64,000 bases of DNA from Pseudomonadota bacterium (lineage in GTDB: Bacteria > Bdellovibrionota_B > Oligoflexia > Oligoflexales > CAIYRB01), in assembly GCA_026390435.1 (NCBI GenBank), contig JAPLFY010000031.1, positions 52,553 through 116,552 of the forward strand, read 5' to 3'. Both the position numbers and the translations under genes were made by a program. Positions 57,736 to 64,000 of this stretch are shown piece after piece. Within the stretch, counting starts at the first letter, position 1. The number at the start of each line of letters is the position of its first letter. The notes beneath the pieces were generated by a model. The model worked only from the letters and a program-made list of their open reading frames with translations, was not told where the DNA came from and searched no databases.

Positions 57736-58346
57736 AAAAACTCCACAGCTTCAACACGGCTAAGGGCCTCCAAGGGACTGTCGCCCCAGGCATATACCCC
57801 ATGACCCGCCAATATAATCAACGGAACGTCTTTAATTAAGCTTCCTACCAGCTCAGTAGCGAGTTGGGGCATGGCCTCCGGTGTGTAATTTTTGATAACC
57901 GGCAAACGCAGCTCCTGCAAGTGATTTATGCTCCCAAGCGGCTTCTGCATCTCATCGCCACGAATCACCAGGTCCAGACAATCTCGACTACGAGCAACAA
58001 GGCCTGGAGGGTGGGCGTGGACCACGCAACGCGCTTCAGCAACGGCTCGGTACACACCAAGATGAACAGGCATCTCTAAAGATGGCTGTCGGGCTGATGG
58101 CTCCACTGGGTGACCCGACTCGACATCAACCGCAACGAACGCATCCGAACTAAGTTCCGATTTGCTGATTCCACTAGGGCTCTGCCAGATCAACCCACGA
58201 CTGCCCCTAAGCGAGAAATTACCCGCCGTGCCGGCACACCACCCCCGTGAATAGCAGACCCTCGCGACATCGATAAGCTCAGTTATCAACACTTTTTCAA
58301 GTAGCGATGGACTAGGAAAAGGGTTTGATATCCAGATCTTAGGCAC
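57714..58346 (-). CDS. mtnB: Methylthioribulose-1-phosphate dehydratase (class II aldolase fold)
   Basis: GWCAGTAGNFS, PSGISK, PSLEMPVH, VHAH, GHGVYAWG, EAVEFL. Confidence 0.82.
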   Translation of the reverse strand: MPKIWISNPFPSPSLLEKVLITELIDVARVCYSRGWCAGTAGNFSLRGSRGLIWQSPSGISKSELSSDAFVAVDVESGHPVEPSARQPSLEMPVHLGVYRAVAEARCVVHAHPPGLVARSRDCLDLVIRGDEMQKPLGSINHLQELRLPVIKNYTPEAMPQLATELVGSLIKDVPLIILAGHGVYAWGDSPLEALSRVEAVEFLCQSAAF

Positions 58347-59000
58347 TCATGATTCCAGGCTAAAAAGACTTGGGTCACCCGCACCGGGACGCACAATAGT
58401 GGGATGACCAGAGGTTAGGTCCACGATTGTGGACTCGAGTCCAGGTAGCTCACCACCTAAATCAAGCACTAGGTCAATCGCATGGCCGTAAGTCTCGAAA
58501 ACCTCGTAGCCAAACTTCGGGGGCTGAGCCACAGCTCCCTGCGGCAGCTTCAAGTTGATAGAAGGTACTGACGTTGTCGCAATAGGCTGACCGAATCTCT
58601 CGACAATAGTCCGCAAAAGATTGCTCGTCGGAATACGGATGCCAACAACACGTCGTTTATCTTTCAGCTGACGTGGCAATTGCCGCGTCGCATTCAGCAG
58701 CACGGTGAATGGGCCCGGCCATGCTTTACGCAAAAGCCTATAGGACGCATTATCGATAACGGCATATTCGGCCGCCATAGATATCGAACTGCACAGTAGA
58801 CTAAATGGCAGCTCGCGCGGGTGTGTGGGCTTTAACATGTAAATACGGTCTAAAGCCTTGGCACCTGCGGCATCACAACCAAACGCCCAGTTCAAATCGT
58901 TTGGGTAAGCCAGTACACCTGAGTCCGAAAGTATTCGAACGGCGCGACTTACATCGCGCTCTGCCGGTGGATCATCGTAAGTGTAAAGATGCATACCCAT
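58347..59000 (-). CDS. Sua5/YciO/YrdC family protein (YciO-like)
   Basis: YPND...FGCD, PGPFTVLL, KRRVVGIRIP, STIVDLT. Confidence 0.88.
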   Translation of the reverse strand: MGMHLYTYDDPPAERDVSRAVRILSDSGVLAYPNDLNWAFGCDAAGAKALDRIYMLKPTHPRELPFSLLCSSISMAAEYAVIDNASYRLLRKAWPGPFTVLLNATRQLPRQLKDKRRVVGIRIPTSNLLRTIVERFGQPIATTSVPSINLKLPQGAVAQPPKFGYEVFETYGHAIDLVLDLGGELPGLESTIVDLTSGHPTIVRPGAGDPSLFSLES

Positions 59001-59005
59001 GGTAA

Positions 59006-59578
59006 TTACGGCTTGTTGCTACGAATTAAACTGAAAAACTCATTCCGCGTTTCGAGATTTTGAAAGGACCCTCGCATCGAACTAGTTGTAGTGAACGAGT
59101 TCTGCTTTCCGACCCCTCTCATCATCATACACAAATGATAGGCCTCCACCACTACCCCTACGCCCAAAGGCTTGAGATAATGCTCGATCGCCTCAGATAT
59201 CTGGTGCGTAAGCCTCTCTTGTACTTGCAAACGACGAGAGAAGATGTCCACTACCCTGGGCAGCTTTGACAGGCCAACAACTTTGTCTCTCGGAATATAT
59301 CCCACATGACAACGACCATAAAACGGTAGCATGTGGTGCTCACACATACTGTAAATCTCGATATCTCTAACAACGACCATATCTTGATAATCAACGTCAA
59401 ATAGTGCTCCGGTCAAAACACTTTCAACGTCTTGTTTATAGCCCGAAGTAAGGAACTGCAAGGAGGTCAATACTCTATTAGGAGTCTTTAAAAGACCGTC
59501 ACGTTCTGGATCCTCACCAAGTGCGGCGAGTAACTCTTTCAACTTCTCGCTATGGTACTGATAGCTCGCATTTTCCAT
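59006..59578 (-). CDS. folE: GTP cyclohydrolase I
   Basis: [47 protein letters not shown]. Confidence 0.97.
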   Translation of the reverse strand: MENASYQYHSEKLKELLAALGEDPERDGLLKTPNRVLTSLQFLTSGYKQDVESVLTGALFDVDYQDMVVVRDIEIYSMCEHHMLPFYGRCHVGYIPRDKVVGLSKLPRVVDIFSRRLQVQERLTHQISEAIEHYLKPLGVGVVVEAYHLCMMMRGVGKQNSFTTTSSMRGSFQNLETRNEFFSLIRSNKP

Positions 59579-59671
59579 GGGAGTTCCCTATAAAGTTTTC
59601 AGGAATCCCTTATAGGTGTCCGGGTGGCCCAAGGCAAGATTAATACCTGACAGAACTACTTGGATTTACTT

Positions 59672-60124
59672 ATGAGAGCCGTACTGCAGCGAGTCTTGAA
59701 AGCGCACGTAGTTGTTGAGCAAAGTGAAATCGGTACTATTGGAGCCGGCTGGTTAGTGCTCCTAGGGGTGGGCACCGGTGACAGCCTGCGAGATGTTAGC
59801 TACCTGGCCGACAAGATCCTCAATTTAAGGGCATTTGAGGATACCAACGGCAAAATGAACCATAGCGTGCTCGACAACGGCGGGGACATTCTGGTGGTTA
59901 GCCAGTTCACATTATATGCCGACTACCGAAAGGGCAGGCGGCCAAGCTTTATCGGCGCGGCACCGCCACAGCTGGCAGAGCCGCTATATGACAAATTTGT
60001 CGAGCGCCTGCGGCAATCGGGCCTAAAAGTTGCCACTGGGCGATTCCAGGCAAACATGATGGTGACGCTAGTCAACGATGGACCCGTAACGATCATCATC
60101 GACTCACCCCACGATGCCGTGTAG
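59672..60124 (+). CDS. dtd: D-aminoacyl-tRNA deacylase
   Basis: [26 protein letters not shown]; start moved to ATG 59672. Confidence 0.96.
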   Translation: MRAVLQRVLKAHVVVEQSEIGTIGAGWLVLLGVGTGDSLRDVSYLADKILNLRAFEDTNGKMNHSVLDNGGDILVVSQFTLYADYRKGRRPSFIGAAPPQLAEPLYDKFVERLRQSGLKVATGRFQANMMVTLVNDGPVTIIIDSPHDAV

Positions 60125-60133
60125 CGGCCTACG

Positions 60134-61456
60134 TCAGCCTTTTTGGCCGGCTAAGTCACCATCAATATTGGCATCTTCCTCGATACCGATCTTCTGATAA
60201 AAGAGTTCATCGATGGTCTTTTTGATAAGAATCCACAGCAACTCACGATCGTTGCAACGGGCAAACACCCCAAGAGGAATCTGGAATCCCCCTTTGTCTT
60301 TGCGACCACCGCCATAGTACTTACCTGCCTCGTCGGCACCAAAGACGTCTTTCAGCCACTTGTCAGGATCAAGTGTGTGCGACTTAGTCCGCAATGACCC
60401 ATCAATGAATTGGTTACCAACGACACCATAGACCACAACGGTATCTATCCCCTCCCGATGCAAGAGGTAGTCCGCGCACTGACCAATGCCATCACGATCT
60501 TCGTCGCGAACAAAACCCACACCCGAGAACATAAATGTCCCGCGGATGTCCTTACGTTGCAGGGCGACTTGCGTCAGGTCCATCGTTTTTGCTGGAATAG
60601 ACTGATGGGAGATCAAAGATAATAGATCTTTATCAACAAATTGAGCAAAGTACTCACTCGCCCGGTAGTCGATAGGCTGAGCATTCACAAAGTTGTCAGT
60701 ATCGCTGCGGATTCCGTGCATGAGCGCAGTTGCGATCCGACTTTCCTCAGCAGAATTGCCGCGAAAGTTAATCGGGCCCTCAATCAGATACTCGCCGTAA
60801 ATTCCCGACGTCGATCCCGAATGTTCTCTAATGTCGACAAAATCACCATCAACCGTGCCCAGTGGCTTGTGGTGGTCGATGAAACAAAGCAACCGGCAGT
60901 CTGGCGAAAGTTTAATCGGTAAATCAGGACTCTGAGAGTCATTGACGGCGTAGTAGTCAAAGCCAGATACGTCAAAGTTGTTTTCATACTCGACCATGTC
61001 GAGGTCGAGTTTCTTGACTAATGCCTTGTTCTCATGGTGCGATATAGCTTCAAAGTGAACGATGGTAGTGGCGACATCATAGTGTCTGGCCAGCCATTGC
61101 AGGCACAGCGATGTGCCGATATTGTCTGGATCAGGGTAACCTTTAATGCAAATCAGTAGGCGCTTACCGCGAGCTTTCGCTAAGGCAGCATGCAGCTTAT
61201 ACGAGGGCGTGTCATGAATATCTTGCTCTTCGAAATCGCCATCATCCTGATGCACCCGCTGTACTGGCCGATTGAGCATTGAACTGCGTGACACACCGCG
61301 AACGGTGTTAGGCGCAGGACTACTCGGTCGAGTTGGGGCTACAGGTACAGCCGCTTTGACAGAGGCTTTGACCACCGGATTCATTGATTTAGATTTGTCT
61401 TCACTTTTAGGCTTCAAGTGTTTCCACCCCGTAAAGCTGTCGACCTGCTCGTCCAC
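60134..61456 (-). CDS. DHH/DHHA1 family phosphoesterase with disordered N-terminal extension
   Basis: PDPD, NDSQ, IDHH, GIRSDT, GSLR, GGG. Confidence 0.88.
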   Translation of the reverse strand: MDEQVDSFTGWKHLKPKSEDKSKSMNPVVKASVKAAVPVAPTRPSSPAPNTVRGVSRSSMLNRPVQRVHQDDGDFEEQDIHDTPSYKLHAALAKARGKRLLICIKGYPDPDNIGTSLCLQWLARHYDVATTIVHFEAISHHENKALVKKLDLDMVEYENNFDVSGFDYYAVNDSQSPDLPIKLSPDCRLLCFIDHHKPLGTVDGDFVDIREHSGSTSGIYGEYLIEGPINFRGNSAEESRIATALMHGIRSDTDNFVNAQPIDYRASEYFAQFVDKDLLSLISHQSIPAKTMDLTQVALQRKDIRGTFMFSGVGFVRDEDRDGIGQCADYLLHREGIDTVVVYGVVGNQFIDGSLRTKSHTLDPDKWLKDVFGADEAGKYYGGGRKDKGGFQIPLGVFARCNDRELLWILIKKTIDELFYQKIGIEEDANIDGDLAGQKG

Positions 61457-61560
61457 TGTAACGTAGGTCGGCCGTTCCGCGATAATTCCTTAATTTTACC
61501 ATAGATTTTTTGGTGCTGGGATTATGGTAAACCCACAAAATTAGAGCTAACAAATCAAAA

Positions 61561-61776
61561 CTATTGAGTAATTTTGAGCATCGCACGAATGATCAAAGTG
61601 ATCGCACCGACAAATACCGAAACCACCCCCAGAGCAAACCCAGTAAGAATCCAAGGACTGGATTGCGCCCCTAACAAAGCTCCGACCAACCAAAAATTAC
61701 CCATTAGTGTCAATATGATAAAACCAACCGCGGCAATTCGAGCGGGCGACGATCGCAGCCAATCAGGCCTCTGCAT
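61561..61776 (-). CDS. Small two-TM membrane protein
   Basis: ATG 61776 in a TGATG overlap with the upstream stop; two hydrophobic helices; 71 aa. Confidence 0.65.
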   Translation of the reverse strand: MQRPDWLRSSPARIAAVGFIILTLMGNFWLVGALLGAQSSPWILTGFALGVVSVFVGAITLIIRAMLKITQ

Positions 61777-62432
61777 CACGCATTCAATTCCGGGCTCAGA
61801 TATTTGTGGCGCCACTGAGCTACATGTGTCGCGCTGATTGTTAGCCATAGGCCATTACCTAACTCCGGAGTCTCGGCAAAAAAAGTTTCAGGCGGAAGGC
61901 CCTCGGCCATCATTTGCCAAAGACGCACGCTGCCCTGATGGCCTACCACGCCGATGTCGGAGTCGTCATCCTGATAAGACAAGATGTCCAACGCTAAAGC
62001 CGAAACCCGATCACACATTTCCCGGAAAGACTCACCCTCCGGAAAACGCAGACGCATGGGCTCCCGCATGCAGGTTTCATACGACCTTTGGAAGTCGTAA
62101 GGTAACTCTTCCCAGGTCAAGTTCTCGTAGATACCAAAATTTATTTCCCTCAACTTTTCCGTAATTCTGACAACTGGTGCCTGAGTTCCAGCTGTCAAAA
62201 TCTCAAAAGTTTCGACCGCACGGCGACGATCAGAAACATACCAAATACGAGGTAAGCTTTGAGCAGATACGCTTATATCCTGATGGCAGGTCAAAATTTG
62301 CTGACGCCCCTCGGGAGAAAGAGGCGGGTCAGTCCAACCGCAAAAACGATCGGCAAGTCCGCGCGTGGACTTACCGCTCATGACGATGAAACAACGACGG
62401 TTGATTGCTGAGTTCATCCCTCGGATCCTCAT
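61776..62432 (-). CDS. Histidine phosphatase (PGM/CobC-like) fold protein lacking the RHG motif
   Basis: FCGWTDPPLSPEG, SDRRRAVET, LREINFGIYE, PEGESF, VGHQG retained; RHG replaced by MSG. Confidence 0.82.
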   Translation of the reverse strand: MRIRGMNSAINRRCFIVMSGKSTRGLADRFCGWTDPPLSPEGRQQILTCHQDISVSAQSLPRIWYVSDRRRAVETFEILTAGTQAPVVRITEKLREINFGIYENLTWEELPYDFQRSYETCMREPMRLRFPEGESFREMCDRVSALALDILSYQDDDSDIGVVGHQGSVRLWQMMAEGLPPETFFAETPELGNGLWLTISATHVAQWRHKYLSPELNA

Positions 62433-62557
62433 CTTTGCTGAAAAACAATCGAGACGTGGTCAACTAAGCCCATCCACAATGCCCGATCGCGCATTTGACT
62501 TCATCCAATTTTTGCCACAAAATCTTAAAAAGATTAACTAAAATGGAGGCGCTTCAC

Positions 62558-63097
62558 ATGTTACCAGCTTTGCGCTCAGCATTGTTAGTATTTGCTAGTC
62601 TCTGCTCCGTCAATTCCGCAGCGGCGGCTCAACCCAAAATAGGCGACAAACTACCAAGAGTAGTATTGGGCGGTGATCTAGGGGCTAAAGTCGACGGGAC
62701 ACCATGGTCCAGCGAGACGATTAAAGATCGCACTTGGATTTTATTTTACATTTCACCAAGCCATCGGGATGAAAACGAGTCATTTAAGGATGCTCTAAAC
62801 GCGGCCAAATTCCCTCACGACAAGGTAGCCTCGGTGGCGGTGATCAATATGGCATCGTCCTGGGTACCTAACATGATCATAGAGAGCTCGCTGAAGAAGA
62901 ATCAGCAAAAGTTCCCTTTTGTGACCTACGTAAAAGATCTACAAAAAACCTTAGTTAAAGAATGGAACCTCAATGATGACGCTTTTGACGTAGTCATCTT
63001 TGATAAAACAGGGAAAGTATTGGCGCATTATAGTGGTGAGATCACACCCAAAGAGACCGAGGACACGCTTAATTTAATTAAACGCACCCTCCTATGA
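62558..63097 (+). CDS. YtfJ-family secreted thioredoxin-like protein
   Basis: GGAGG RBS; signal peptide; PWSSE, VAVINM, WNL...VVIFDKTGKV. Confidence 0.78.
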   Translation: MLPALRSALLVFASLCSVNSAAAAQPKIGDKLPRVVLGGDLGAKVDGTPWSSETIKDRTWILFYISPSHRDENESFKDALNAAKFPHDKVASVAVINMASSWVPNMIIESSLKKNQQKFPFVTYVKDLQKTLVKEWNLNDDAFDVVIFDKTGKVLAHYSGEITPKETEDTLNLIKRTLL

Positions 63098-63118
63098 TCA
63101 CGTCAAAAAATTTCATAA

Positions 63119-63143
63119 GACTGTTAACGGGTCCCTAACAGTC
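63119..63143. terminator. Hairpin between convergent genes
   Basis: GACTGTTA-N9-TAACAGTC; T-rich run downstream on the minus strand. Confidence 0.5.
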
Positions 63144-63145
63144 GG

Positions 63146-63466
63146 CTAGCGACCGGTGATGAGCGACTTTGTGCCCCCGATCACCCGGCCGAGCAACTTA
63201 AACAGCAAGTTCGCCAGCTCGAGCGCGGCCACCATCACTACACCTAGTAGCGCCCAAAGCGCTACTATCGGGAGTACGGCAAAGCCGACTAGAGACAGCA
63301 CATGGTCCTTACCGGTGATGTCGTTCCTACGCCACCGGGCGAAATCATCCTCACATGAGATTTGTCGCTCCTGCTGACGGGACTTCTCCCGCTGAGACTT
63401 GAATTCATCGTTAGTCACGATAACTTGCGACAAAACTATCCCCCTCTCAATGGTCTCACAAACCAT
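63146..63466 (-). CDS. Hypothetical membrane protein
   Basis: 106 aa; charged N-terminus then a long hydrophobic segment; starts 1 nt after the upstream stop. Confidence 0.62.
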   Translation of the reverse strand: MVCETIERGIVLSQVIVTNDEFKSQREKSRQQERQISCEDDFARWRRNDITGKDHVLSLVGFAVLPIVALWALLGVVMVAALELANLLFKLLGRVIGGTKSLITGR

Positions 63467-63467
63467 C

Positions 63468-64000
63468 CTAGATGGTACCTAGGACTCCAACCTTGACAAG
63501 CACATTAGTGCGCATCTCGCCCCCGGTAGCCGAGGGGTCTTTTAAGAATTTACCCGAAGTTGAGGTATAAGCAACGAAGGGATTCCAATTTTTACCGATG
63601 ACATTAACATCTACCCCTAAGCCCCAGACCGTCCCGTTGTCATCCCAAGTGTAGCCCACACCGCCTGGAATTGATCCGACTTCTTTAGATAGATTAAAAC
63701 TGTGGTCGCTCAGTGCAGCGACAGGGTCATTAGCTTGCTTGCGGTCGTAATGCGAGTAGAAGACCCACGGTGTCACCAAGTTTCTCAGCTCATAGGACAG
63801 GTTGACAGTGTATGAGATCTTAACGTCAGTTTCTTTTTGGTCGACTCGAGACGCTTCAGACCCGATTGGGATCCGATAGCTTACCCGATCATTATGGTAG
63901 TCCAAAGTGGCATTGAATCCATTCAGGCCTGTCCTTAGACCGACATCGACATACCGAGACCTATTGTTGTCGTATGAACCGAATATCAGCAACGGCTTCA
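63468..64000 (-). CDS. Partial (5' end outside the window) probable outer-membrane protein
   Basis: Frame stays open to the window edge; beta-strand-rich, aromatic/Gly pattern. Confidence 0.6.
   Translation of the reverse strand, partial: KPLLIFGSYDNNRSRYVDVGLRTGLNGFNATLDYHNDRVSYRIPIGSEASRVDQKETDVKISYTVNLSYELRNLVTPWVFYSHYDRKQANDPVAALSDHSFNLSKEVGSIPGGVGYTWDDNGTVWGLGVDVNVIGKNWNPFVAYTSTSGKFLKDPSATGGEMRTNVLVKVGVLGTI

Noticed and set aside
85-63377. The many 60-180 aa antisense or off-frame ORFs in the ORF track
   Set aside because: They lie within well-supported genes on the opposite strand or frame and show no motifs or RBS.

Overview
A gene-dense, prophage-free stretch of bacterial chromosome. 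Gene content (Glt/AglT-like TPR proteins, TsaP, Tgl/PilF, PilZ, TadA, many orphan secreted proteins) suggests Bdellovibrionota/Oligoflexia or a related former deltaproteobacterium; this taxonomy is inference. Left to right: a LysR regulator convergent with gltBD; tRNA-Met(CAT); carAB of the CAD/URA2/Bacteroidota-type lineage; a thiolase; a TM-TPR-cNMP protein; rppH; a six-gene minus-strand operon (MltD-like lytic transglycosylase, a secreted protein, three TPR proteins, a response regulator); tRNA-Pro(GGG); rsmA-tsaD-cpoB; a DEAD-box helicase; an orphan TadA-like ATPase; aspS; a waaL-like/PilZ/CpoB-like/tsaP/dprA/smg/topA run; plsB, panC; a probable 6S RNA; rodZ, pilF/tgl, ctpA; folE-yciO-mtnB-lipB; dtd; a DHH phosphoesterase; ytfJ. 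The most interesting observations are: (1) a Glt-like TPR envelope module that lacks motor genes in its operon but is translationally coupled to a lytic transglycosylase; (2) a 29-bp motif shared between the lysR and gltB upstream regions; (3) a probable unannotated 6S RNA; (4) a c-di-GMP PilZ receptor inside a pilus/competence gene run; (5) several apparent pseudoenzymes. I saw no CRISPR array, integrase, transposase or clear pseudogene. All family calls rest on motifs recognised by eye; no database search was run.
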